Source: an uncultured Christensenellaceae bacterium (lineage in GTDB: Bacteria; Bacillota; Clostridia; Christensenellales; Borkfalkiaceae). From it: 64,000 nucleotides of DNA. The position numbers were made by a program, and so were the translations under genes. Location: positions 6,133-70,132 of the forward strand of contig CAJUKJ010000007.1 in NCBI GenBank assembly GCA_910587365.1. Reading direction: 5' to 3'. This document shows, one piece after another, positions 27,726-36,673 of the stretch (positions are counted from its first letter, which is position 1; each line of letters starts with the position of its first letter). The notes beneath the pieces were generated by a model that ran no database searches, was not told the DNA's origin, and worked only from the letters and a program-made list of their open reading frames with translations.

Positions 27726-27790
27726 TTTGTTACCTCTTATAAATTTTTTCCACTAAAAATAAAACATTTTAAATCCTTCAAAATACGACG

Positions 27791-28071
27791 AATTTTACAA
27801 ATTTTTTTATATATAAGTATTTTTATTAGTGAATTAATTGTAAAAGAGTAATTTTAGGATATATATTTTCGTATAAATCGACAATATTTTTGTTTAATTT
27901 ACATAGAAAGGTGCATTTGGGCATATAATTTAATACTTTAAATTTCGGAGAGAAGTATGTTTGACTATATTGCCGAACGAGTGATAAAGGAAGGGAATTA
28001 CATTATAGAAACAGGTACGACCGTAAGGTCGGCAGCAACACATTTCAATATTTCTAAATCTACTGTACATA
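27791..28071 (+). repeat. Left copy of the long direct repeat (spoIIID promoter plus codons 1-39)
   Basis: It aligns to 53897-54177 at an offset of 26106 nt. I saw only one T indel at the left edge and one C/T difference (28046 vs 54152). Confidence 0.95.
27903..27929 (+). promoter_or_regulatory. SigmaE-like promoter (ATA-16-CATATAAT) within the left repeat copy
   Basis: ATA at 27903-27905 and CATATAAT at 27922-27929. This resembles the mother-cell sigmaE -10 consensus CATACA-T as I recall it. B. subtilis spoIIID is sigmaE-dependent. Confidence 0.35.
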
Positions 28072-28109
28072 CGGTTGTAATAAAACAGAAAGCTTTGTAT
28101 GGCTCATAA
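27957..28109 (+). pseudogene. Truncated spoIIID 5' fragment (39 native codons plus 11 unrelated codons)
   Basis: Translates as MFDYIAERVIKEGNYIIETGTTVRSAATHFNISKSTVH, then TVVIKQKALYGS and a stop. The first 39 aa are identical to the intact gene at 54063. Confidence 0.85.
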
Positions 28110-28112
28110 ACT

Positions 28113-28146
28113 AAAATCGGGAAGCAAATGCTTCCCGATTTTTTTA
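28113..28146. terminator. Bidirectional terminator
   Basis: AAATCGGGAAGC / GCTTCCCGATTT stem with a T-run. It overlaps the permease stop codon. Confidence 0.8.
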
Positions 28147-29283
28147 TACTAAATATCCAAGTAGTAGCACACCTGTTAATATGAACAGAAATGCAAAATT
28201 GAACGCAGAGAAAATCAAAAGATATTTTCCGCCCTTACCTGGATTGTGCGAACAGTATTCCCTGAACGTTATCAGACTTGCAAGAGAGGAAATCAGCGTT
28301 CCCACACCGCCGATATTCACGCCTATTAAAAGGGGCGCGTAGTTGTCTGTAAACTGTGACAGAAGTATCGCCGACGGCACGTTACTGATTACCTGACAGG
28401 ACATTACGCTGAACAGTAGCGTGTTCAACCCCAAGAGGTACGAGAAGAACGAACGCACCACTTCGATTCTCGCCATGTTACCAGCAAATATGAAGAAGAA
28501 TACGAAGGTAAGAAGCAGGGGATAGTCAACCTTTAACAACACTTTCCTATCTACGATTATCAGCATCATAAGAATTATTGACAGCCCTATCCAGTAAGGG
28601 ACTACCCTGAATACCATTACAATCGAAAGTGTGAAAAGTATTAGATAAAGCGTTGTGCGCTTGGGCTCGGGCTTGGTCGTTTCGCCTTCGAAAACAAGCG
28701 GTTCTTTCCTGACGAATATAAAACAGCAGACCGTAATCAAGAAAATCGAAATTGCAAATGGTATCGCCATTATCGCCATAAATTCAAGAGTAGGAATATT
28801 GAACTTCGAGTAGAGGTATAAGTTCTGCGGGTTGCCGAAGGGGGTCAGCATACCGCCGAGGTTCGCCGCAATGTTCTGCATTACGAAAGTGAAAACCATA
28901 TACTTTTCTTTTCTGGTGTTCGTCAACACAATGTAGCCCAGCGGCAGAAAGGTCAACAGCGCCATGTCGTTTGCAATCAGCATCGAACCGATGAACGTTA
29001 TGTAAACAAGCGCGATTATTGAAGCCCGCGTCGTTTTAAACAGCTTGACCGTCTGCTGTGCAAGGAAGTAGAAGAAGTTCACGTTTTTTAACGCGCATAC
29101 GATAGCCAGCACGGCAAGTAGACACGACAAAGTCCGTAAGTCAAAGTAATTTAAATATTGTTCATCGGGCGGAACCAAAAAACACGTAACTATTGCAAGT
29201 AGTAACGCAATAAGCATAACAACGTTTTTTCTTGCGAATTTTAGCGTAACCCTGCCCGTTTTTCTCAACAACTCGCTTTTCAT
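28144..29283 (-). CDS. Ion-transporter superfamily permease (ArsB/NhaD / citrate-transporter-like)
   Basis: 379-aa polytopic membrane protein. MLTPFGNPQNLYLY and NIGGVGTLISSLASLI resemble the paired hairpin motifs of this superfamily. Confidence 0.7.
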   Translation of the reverse strand: MKSELLRKTGRVTLKFARKNVVMLIALLLAIVTCFLVPPDEQYLNYFDLRTLSCLLAVLAIVCALKNVNFFYFLAQQTVKLFKTTRASIIALVYITFIGSMLIANDMALLTFLPLGYIVLTNTRKEKYMVFTFVMQNIAANLGGMLTPFGNPQNLYLYSKFNIPTLEFMAIMAIPFAISIFLITVCCFIFVRKEPLVFEGETTKPEPKRTTLYLILFTLSIVMVFRVVPYWIGLSIILMMLIIVDRKVLLKVDYPLLLTFVFFFIFAGNMARIEVVRSFFSYLLGLNTLLFSVMSCQVISNVPSAILLSQFTDNYAPLLIGVNIGGVGTLISSLASLITFREYCSHNPGKGGKYLLIFSAFNFAFLFILTGVLLLGYLV

Positions 29284-29391
29284 AATCCGATTATATCACT
29301 ATTTCATAAAAAGGGCATTGTTTTAAGCATTATTTTCATATTTTTAACCAAAATAAATACAACGGCAAACTGGAAAATTTATGTAATTCTA

Positions 29392-29420
29392 TTGCTTTTT
29401 ACTTTATATTGTTGTATAAT
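29392..29420 (+). promoter_or_regulatory. Promoter TTGCTT-17-TATAAT upstream of the polysaccharide locus
   Basis: Hexamers at 29392-29397 and 29415-29420. Confidence 0.5.
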
Positions 29421-29456
29421 TAACAATGTATAATTGCGTGATTACGGAAGATTGAA

Positions 29457-30704
29457 ATGTTCACACAAAATAATAAATTTAAGCGATTTGAAAAAAAAGT
29501 TTGGTTAGCTACTCCAACAATGCATGGGGAAGAGCTTCAATGGATGACCGACGCGTTCAATAAAAACTGGATGTCGACGGTAGGAGAGAACATAAACGAA
29601 GTCGAACGTATAGTTGCCGAAAAAATCGGTTGTAAGTACGCTGTCGGACTTGCAACAGGAACGGCATCTTTGCACCTTGCAATGAAGCTTGCTGGAATTA
29701 AACGCGGAGATAAAGTCTTTTGTACAGATATGACGTTCTCTGCTACGCTCAACCCCGTTGTTTATGAGGGAGGGGTTCCCATATTTGTCGATACTGAACG
29801 CGATACTTGGAATATGGATCCAGTTGCCCTTGAAAAAGCGTTCAAGTTGTATCCCGAAGTTAAGCATATAGTTATTGCCAATCTTTACGGTGTTCCGGGG
29901 AAGATGGACGAAATTCGTAAGATTGCTGATAGACACGGTGCCGCTATTATTGAGGACGCCGCCGAATCTTTTGGTGCGACCTATAAGGGCAAACAGACAG
30001 GCACGTTCGGCGATATAGGAATTATTAGCTTTAATGGCAATAAAATTATAACCGGTTCCGCAGGCGGAATGCTTTTAACCGACGATTTGGAACAGGCAAA
30101 CAAAGCCCGTAAATGGTCAACACAGAGCAGAGAAAATGCGCCTTGGTATCAGCACGAAGAACTTGGCTATAATTATCGTATGAGCAATGTGATTGCAGGT
30201 GTAATTCGCGGGCAGTTGCCTCATCTTGAAGAACATATCTCGCAAAAGCGTGCCGTATACGAAAGATATAAAAAGGGGTTGAAGGGCTTGCCCGTTACAA
30301 TGAACCCTTTCGATGAAAAAAATTCCGTTCCTAATTATTGGCTTTCTTGTTTATTGATAGATGAAAGTGCTATGTGCAAACAGGTTCGTGGGGAACAGGA
30401 AGCTTGTTATATAAAAGAACACGGTAAATCTTGTCCTACGGAAATTCTGGAAACACTTGCAAGCTATAATGCGGAAGGCAGACCTATCTGGAAACCCATG
30501 CACATGCAGCCCATTTTCAGAATGAACCCGTTTGTGACGCGTGAGGGCGACGGAAGGGGCAGAACGAACGCTTATATCGCAGGCAGTTGCGTTGACGTCG
30601 GAATGGATATTTTTAATCGTGGATTGTGTTTACCTTCGGATAATAAGATGACCGAAGAGGAACAGGATAAAGTAATAGAAATCGTAAGGGCATGCTTTGA
30701 CTGA
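29457..30704 (+). CDS. DegT/DnrJ/EryC1/StrS-family PLP-dependent sugar aminotransferase
   Basis: ISFNGNKIITGSAGG (PLP lysine region), YNYRMSNV and a typical N-terminus. Confidence 0.85.
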   Translation: MFTQNNKFKRFEKKVWLATPTMHGEELQWMTDAFNKNWMSTVGENINEVERIVAEKIGCKYAVGLATGTASLHLAMKLAGIKRGDKVFCTDMTFSATLNPVVYEGGVPIFVDTERDTWNMDPVALEKAFKLYPEVKHIVIANLYGVPGKMDEIRKIADRHGAAIIEDAAESFGATYKGKQTGTFGDIGIISFNGNKIITGSAGGMLLTDDLEQANKARKWSTQSRENAPWYQHEELGYNYRMSNVIAGVIRGQLPHLEEHISQKRAVYERYKKGLKGLPVTMNPFDEKNSVPNYWLSCLLIDESAMCKQVRGEQEACYIKEHGKSCPTEILETLASYNAEGRPIWKPMHMQPIFRMNPFVTREGDGRGRTNAYIAGSCVDVGMDIFNRGLCLPSDNKMTEEEQDKVIEIVRACFD

Positions 30705-31465
30705 TGAAAGAGTTTTTAGAAAACCTTATTTCTACTTGGTGGGGAATATTAATAATCTGCTTAGTCTGCGTTGCCGTGTGGATATTACTTTCTGCTTTGC
30801 TATATAGGCCGTTTTTTAAACGCTTCTACGACATAGTTTTAAGTGGACTCGCAATTCTTGTATTTTCCTGGCTTTTAATTATTCTTATAATTGTTGGCGC
30901 AATTAAAATGAAGGGCAACCCGTTTTTTATGCAATTGCGCCCTGGACGAAGAAAAAAGCTGTCTAAAAAACAGTGTAAAAAGCAAGGAGTTCCTTACGGA
31001 ACTTACGGCGAAGAAAAGATTTTCAAACTTACCAAATTCCGCACAATGACTTGTGAAAAGGACGAAAACGGCGAACTTCTTCCCGACGAAAAACGCTTAA
31101 CTAAGTATGGCAAGTTCCTTCGCAGTACGTCTTTGGACGAACTTCCCGAATTATTTAATATATTCGTAGGACATATGTCCATAGTCGGCCCCAGACCGTT
31201 GCTTGTTCAGTATTTGCCGTTGTATAGTGAGGAGCAAAGACACAGGCACGACGTTCGGCCTGGACTTACTGGCTATGCGCAGGTTCATGGCAGAAACGCC
31301 ATTTCTTGGGACGAAAAATTCAAACTCGATATAAAATACATACAAAAGATTTCGTTTTGGAAAGATATTAAAATTTTATTGCAGACTGTGTTAAAGGTGT
31401 TTAAACGTTCGGGAATTAATTCGGATACTTCAGCAACAATGGAAGAATTTAAAGGAAATGAATAG
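30704..31465 (+). CDS. Initiating phosphoglycosyl transferase (bacterial sugar transferase family, PglC/EpsL-like)
   Basis: One TM region, then KFRTM...DELPELFNIFVGHMSIVGPRP...PGLTGYAQV. Confidence 0.85.
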   Translation: MKEFLENLISTWWGILIICLVCVAVWILLSALLYRPFFKRFYDIVLSGLAILVFSWLLIILIIVGAIKMKGNPFFMQLRPGRRKKLSKKQCKKQGVPYGTYGEEKIFKLTKFRTMTCEKDENGELLPDEKRLTKYGKFLRSTSLDELPELFNIFVGHMSIVGPRPLLVQYLPLYSEEQRHRHDVRPGLTGYAQVHGRNAISWDEKFKLDIKYIQKISFWKDIKILLQTVLKVFKRSGINSDTSATMEEFKGNE

Positions 31466-32063
31466 GAATTGCGAAAAGAAAAACGTAGTTATACTTGGAG
31501 CAGGCGGACATGCTCATGTGATTGCTGATATTGTTTCTGCAATGGGGGATAAAGTTATTGCCTTTTTGGATGATGATACACGAATTGTAGAGCGCAGTGG
31601 AAATATAGGAGATTACGTATTATTTAGTAACTTCGAGTTCGTAATCGGTATTGGTAATGCAGAAATCAGAGAAAGAATGGCTAATAATCTGAAAGTCAAA
31701 TGGTATACGGCAATCCATCCTAGTGCTATAGTTTCTTCGTCTGCTTTAATAAAAGAAGGTACTGTTGTTATGCCCAATGCAGTTGTAAATGCAAGGGCGA
31801 CAGTTGGCAAGCATTGTATAATAAATAGCGGTGCTATTGTAGAACACGATAATAAGGTAGATGATTTTGCTCATATATCTGTTGGCGTTAGACTTGGCGG
31901 AACAGTAACTGTAGGAAGAAAAACGTGGGTTGGTATAGGTTCAACGGTAAAAAATAATATAACAATTTGTGATAATTGTATGATTGGTGCTGGTGCAGTG
32001 GTTGTCAAAGATATTAAAGAGGCGGGAACATTTATTGGCGTGCCAGTGAGGAAAATAAAGTGA
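31458..32063 (+). CDS. Hexapeptide-repeat sugar N-acetyltransferase (NeuD/PglD family)
   Basis: An N-terminal GAGGHA Rossmann-like motif and C-terminal left-handed beta-helix repeats. Confidence 0.8.
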   Translation: MNRNCEKKNVVILGAGGHAHVIADIVSAMGDKVIAFLDDDTRIVERSGNIGDYVLFSNFEFVIGIGNAEIRERMANNLKVKWYTAIHPSAIVSSSALIKEGTVVMPNAVVNARATVGKHCIINSGAIVEHDNKVDDFAHISVGVRLGGTVTVGRKTWVGIGSTVKNNITICDNCMIGAGAVVVKDIKEAGTFIGVPVRKIK

Positions 32064-33148
32064 AAATACTTTTAATCTGTCCTACATCAAATCAAATAAT
32101 TACATTTAGAAAAGCGTTGATTGAGAAGTTTCAATCAGAAGGCTTTGAAGTGTTTACGATAGCGTTTGATGAGGAAAACAGAGATATAATTGAAAATAGA
32201 GCAATAAAACATTTTTGTGTGCATGGCGCAAATCGTAGTTTAAATCCTCTAAAAATTCTTAGTTTAAAAAATAATTACGCCAAAATTATGGAACAAGTTA
32301 AGCCGGATATTGTTTTTACTTTTATGTTGAAACCGAATATATTCGGCGTTAGAGCTGCGAAGAAATGCGGCATCAAAAAAATATTTTCTATGGTTGAGGG
32401 TGCAGGCGACGTTTTTATTAATAATGGGTTGAAGTGGAAGGCCATTCGCTCCGTTGTTTGCAAAATGTACCGTAAGTCCTTTAAGAGTGCAAATAAAGTT
32501 TTCTTCTTAAATAACGACGATAAAGAGGAGTTTGTTGGGCGTAAGTTAGTAAAACCGGAACAGTGCGAGGTTATTCCGGGTATAGGTGTAGATACGGAGT
32601 ATTTTGCATATAAGCCGATTAAGAATTATCGAACATTTCTTATGATTGCACGTATGCTCAAAACCAAAGGTGTTATCGAGTATTGCAAAGCCGCGCGTAT
32701 CGTTAAACAAAAATATCCGGATGCGGTATTTAACTATCTCGGCGCGGAAGGAAATATAAAGATATCTAATATACAAGAGTATATCAACGACGGTAGTATC
32801 AATTATTTGGGTACAACGAAAGATGTAAGACCGTATTTAGAAGATTGCGCAGTATATGTTTTGCCATCGTATAGAGAAGGGATGCCAGTATCAATAATGG
32901 AAGCCGAAGCGGTTGGTAGGGCTATTGTTTCTACTAATGTTCAGGGTTGCAAACATACGGTTATCGACGGAGTGAATGGTTATTTGGTAGATAAATATGA
33001 TGTGCGGCAGACTGCGGTTAAAATAATATATCTTATTGAAAATGCCGCTGAAATTGATAAGATGTCAAAGGCAAGCCGATATTTGGCGGAGGAGAAATTT
33101 GACTCAAATAAAATAAGCGAACAAATAATAAAAGTGGTGGAACGATAA
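32060..33148 (+). CDS. Glycosyltransferase, GT-B fold (GT4-like)
   Basis: C-terminal LPSYREGMPVSIMEAEAVGRAIVSTNVQG, i.e. the EX7E region. Confidence 0.8.
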   Translation: MKILLICPTSNQIITFRKALIEKFQSEGFEVFTIAFDEENRDIIENRAIKHFCVHGANRSLNPLKILSLKNNYAKIMEQVKPDIVFTFMLKPNIFGVRAAKKCGIKKIFSMVEGAGDVFINNGLKWKAIRSVVCKMYRKSFKSANKVFFLNNDDKEEFVGRKLVKPEQCEVIPGIGVDTEYFAYKPIKNYRTFLMIARMLKTKGVIEYCKAARIVKQKYPDAVFNYLGAEGNIKISNIQEYINDGSINYLGTTKDVRPYLEDCAVYVLPSYREGMPVSIMEAEAVGRAIVSTNVQGCKHTVIDGVNGYLVDKYDVRQTAVKIIYLIENAAEIDKMSKASRYLAEEKFDSNKISEQIIKVVER

Positions 33149-34126
33149 GTGCTTTTTTCCGTTATAGTGCCGATATATAAAGTTGAAAAATATTTAAGAC
33201 AATGTGTCGATAGTATATTGGCGCAAACTTTTTCTGATTTTGAATTGATTTTGGTTGACGACGGTTCACCTGACTGTTGCCCTAAAATTTGCGACTGTTT
33301 TGCGCAAAACGACGATAGGGTTAGGGTAATTCACAAAATAAACGAGGGTGTCGCTAAAGCACGGCAAACGGGTGTAGAAATCGCAAAAGGTAATTATGTT
33401 GTTTTTGTGGACGGGGACGATACTATAGAACCTGAGTGCTTGGAAATTTTAAGTAAATATTCAGATGTGGACATAATACGATTTGGTTATTATTATGAAA
33501 CAGGGAAAGGTGTTGTAAGAAAAACAATGCCCGAAAGAAAGGGATATTATAACAAAAAAGATATCGTAAATGATATATATCCTAGGCTTATACAAACTCA
33601 GGATGCAAAATATTTTTTACCTAATGTATGGGGTGGAGCGTTTAGAACCGAATTGTTTAAATCAAATATGTTAAAGGATATTCGCTTGGCGATAGGCGAG
33701 GACAGCGCATGTGTAATGCCGTGCGTGTATAACGCCGAAAATATGGTAATTTTGGAAGAATGCTTATATTTTTATAGACTAAATCTTTCTTCAATTACAA
33801 AAGGTAGAAAAGTTTTTCAATGGGATGCACCCGAAATTATTGCAAACCATTTAAAAAGCAAACTGGATATTGCGGAATTTGATTTTCAGGAACAGCTATA
33901 TAGAAAAATTGTTCACGAGTTGTTTTCCGTGGTTGTATCGCAATTTTATAGAAAGGCAAAAAACGGTGAAATAAAACGTAATATAAATAGAAATTTAGAG
34001 AATCCTGTTTATAAAGAGGCTATAGAAAAGGCTAAATTTAAAGGATCTCTAAAAGCAAATTTAATGCATTTTGCTTTAAAGCATAGATGTTTTGCATTGA
34101 TAAAATTATATAGTCTGATAAGATAG
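33149..34126 (+). CDS. Glycosyltransferase family 2
   Basis: SVIVPIYKVEKYLRQCVDSILAQTF...LVDDGSPD...VDGDD motifs. GTG start. Confidence 0.85.
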   Translation: MLFSVIVPIYKVEKYLRQCVDSILAQTFSDFELILVDDGSPDCCPKICDCFAQNDDRVRVIHKINEGVAKARQTGVEIAKGNYVVFVDGDDTIEPECLEILSKYSDVDIIRFGYYYETGKGVVRKTMPERKGYYNKKDIVNDIYPRLIQTQDAKYFLPNVWGGAFRTELFKSNMLKDIRLAIGEDSACVMPCVYNAENMVILEECLYFYRLNLSSITKGRKVFQWDAPEIIANHLKSKLDIAEFDFQEQLYRKIVHELFSVVVSQFYRKAKNGEIKRNINRNLENPVYKEAIEKAKFKGSLKANLMHFALKHRCFALIKLYSLIR

Positions 34127-34141
34127 TAAATTGAGAATAAT

Positions 34142-35248
34142 ATGCGAAAAATAAGGATTTTGGTTGTTGTCGGTTCTCTTAGGGTTGGAGGACAAGAAAG
34201 AGTTGCTACAAGCATAGTTGAGTATATTGATAAGGAGAAGTTTCAAGTAGACTATTTAGTTTACGACGATATTGAAAGCTCAAATACGCAAACTGTAATT
34301 AATAACGGTGGAAAGTTAATAAGGGATAAAAATATATTTGCTGACCGTACAAAAATTGTTAAGCGTTTAACGAAGATTATAATAGATAACGGCCCTTATG
34401 ATATTGTACACTCACACGGAATGTTTAATAACGGTTACGTTATGCTTGCCTCAAAAAAAGCTGGGATAAAATGTCGCATAGCTCATTCCCATTCCACAAA
34501 TGCAGGAAAAAATACAAATAGCTTGGTGTACAAATTTTATATGATGCTAATGCGTTTTTATATGTTGAAATATGCAACTTCGATTGTAGCTTGTGGTACT
34601 CAAGCGGGAGAATTTCTATTTGGTAAAAGTGCTTTTAAAAAGTATGGTGGTATTTTTTATAATAGAATAGATTCGGATGTGTTTGAGTACTCTGAAACTC
34701 GTAAATTGAATTTGCGACAGAAGTTAAATATCACTAAGCATAAAATATTTATTATAGTAGGTCATATTATTCCTTTAAAAAATCATAGGTTTGCATTTCA
34801 AGTATTTGAAAAATACCATTCTATAAATCAAGATTCAGAATTGCTTATTCTAGGCGACGGGGAATTAAGACAAGAATTGGAGGAAGAAGTTGCAAGTAGG
34901 AATTTGAATGACAGTATCATATTTTTAGGTAACGTTAATAATGTTAACGAATATATGATTGTATCGGACTGTCTTTTAATGCCTTCTTGGTATGAGGGTT
35001 TACCTGTAACGCTTGTTGAGGCGCAATCTGCAGGGTTGCATTGTATAGTTTCCGATACTGTAACCAAAGAAGTAGATATTACTGGTTTAATAAGCTGGCG
35101 TAGTCTAGACGATTTAAGCGGTTGGGTAAAGGATATGCAGTCGGAATATAAACGTAAAAGTATGAAAGAAAAGATTGTTGAAAAGAATTACGATTTTTGT
35201 AATTATACTGAATGGTTAACAAATTTTTATTTTGATTTATTAAGGTAA
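34142..35248 (+). CDS. Glycosyltransferase, GT-B fold (GT4-like)
   Basis: MPSWYEGLPVTLVEAQSAGLHCIVSD, i.e. the EX7E region. Confidence 0.8.
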   Translation: MRKIRILVVVGSLRVGGQERVATSIVEYIDKEKFQVDYLVYDDIESSNTQTVINNGGKLIRDKNIFADRTKIVKRLTKIIIDNGPYDIVHSHGMFNNGYVMLASKKAGIKCRIAHSHSTNAGKNTNSLVYKFYMMLMRFYMLKYATSIVACGTQAGEFLFGKSAFKKYGGIFYNRIDSDVFEYSETRKLNLRQKLNITKHKIFIIVGHIIPLKNHRFAFQVFEKYHSINQDSELLILGDGELRQELEEEVASRNLNDSIIFLGNVNNVNEYMIVSDCLLMPSWYEGLPVTLVEAQSAGLHCIVSDTVTKEVDITGLISWRSLDDLSGWVKDMQSEYKRKSMKEKIVEKNYDFCNYTEWLTNFYFDLLR

Positions 35249-35257
35249 TAAATAAAA

Positions 35258-36673
35258 ATGAGTAATTTAAATGGTAAAGATAAAAGAATTGTTTATTGCA
35301 TTTTACTGATTGGTATTTCTTTTATATTATTTCTTTTTCTTAAATTAACTAATGAAAGTTTAAATTATCAGACATGGCTAACTGTTTTTGCTTTAACTGT
35401 ATTATTGACTTTTGTTTTAAATCTTATTTTTTTGCATTGTAGAGGTTATCGTTTAGTTTCCTTTTTTACTATATTTGTTGCACTTTTATATTTGTTTCAT
35501 TTTGGTCAAGTGATTTTATATGGAATTTTCCCAACATATAAAACATCGGGTTATAATTTCATTGCAAAAGGAGGACAAAGTGTCGTAGACGCATTATTGT
35601 TTTCTTATGTGATTATTAATTTCATTATATTAGGAGGGCTTTTAGTTAAAAAACGTAGTACAAGCAATGTTAGATTAGTTAGTAAAAAAAATTATAAGTT
35701 ATTAGCTCTAATATTTATTTGTATTTCGTTACCATTGCAGTTGTATATCGTAGTCAAACAACTTATTGTCAGTCATACAGAAGGATATAATGAGGTTTTA
35801 CATTTAGGATTAAGTGGAGCACTTACACAAATAGCAAATTTCTATATTATCGGTTTTGTTATGTTACTGATAATCTATAAAAATAATTTAATGAAAAAGA
35901 ATGTAATATTTGTATTGGAAGTAAGCTTTTTGCTTGTAAGTATGCTATCAGGAAGCCGAATATATGCAATGACTTCACTTCTTGTTTTAATTATTGTATA
36001 TTTCTACATTAGTAAAACTAGGTTGTATAGTAAACTTATATGGTGCATATTGTTGCTGATTATTATGCAATTTGTTGTTGCGATTGCAAAAGTTAGAGAA
36101 GTAGTCGGTGTAGATATATTTTTAATTATTAAAACGATGTTTGACCTAAATAATAATGCTATTCTATCTGTACTAGATGAATTTGGTAGCAGTATTGTAT
36201 CAGTTTATACTACTATAGAGCAAGTTCCTTCAAGCATGAATTATTCTTTCGGAATAACATATCTAAAATCATTGGCTGGTGTTTTTATAAATATTCCGGG
36301 AATAGATGTTTATGGCTTTGTTGATAGTGCTTGCTATATAAAGCAATTATCAGGTACTTTATCTTACGGTGGCAGCTTAATAGGTGAGCTTTACTTCAAC
36401 TTTGGTTTTATTTTATCTTTACCTGTGTCATTTTTGATTGGTTATGTTTCTGGATGTATAGATAGAAAGGCCGAAGTTTCCATTTTAAATGACTTCAACG
36501 TGGATTTGCTACTTTTAATAATGGTTATGTATACGCATTTTATTTGGGTTAGAGGATATTTCTCAAATATTATAAGAGCGGTTGCATGGTCGGCAATAAT
36601 AATATATTTGTTTTATTCCATTGTTAAATCAAAATCAGTTAGGAAGGAGGCAACTAAATGCAAACATGTGTAA
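35258..36673 (+). CDS. O-antigen/EPS polymerase (Wzy-like) polytopic membrane protein
   Basis: 471 aa with more than ten predicted TM helices, extremely AT-rich, located between glycosyltransferases and the flippase. Confidence 0.65.
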   Translation: MSNLNGKDKRIVYCILLIGISFILFLFLKLTNESLNYQTWLTVFALTVLLTFVLNLIFLHCRGYRLVSFFTIFVALLYLFHFGQVILYGIFPTYKTSGYNFIAKGGQSVVDALLFSYVIINFIILGGLLVKKRSTSNVRLVSKKNYKLLALIFICISLPLQLYIVVKQLIVSHTEGYNEVLHLGLSGALTQIANFYIIGFVMLLIIYKNNLMKKNVIFVLEVSFLLVSMLSGSRIYAMTSLLVLIIVYFYISKTRLYSKLIWCILLLIIMQFVVAIAKVREVVGVDIFLIIKTMFDLNNNAILSVLDEFGSSIVSVYTTIEQVPSSMNYSFGITYLKSLAGVFINIPGIDVYGFVDSACYIKQLSGTLSYGGSLIGELYFNFGFILSLPVSFLIGYVSGCIDRKAEVSILNDFNVDLLLLIMVMYTHFIWVRGYFSNIIRAVAWSAIIIYLFYSIVKSKSVRKEATKCKHV

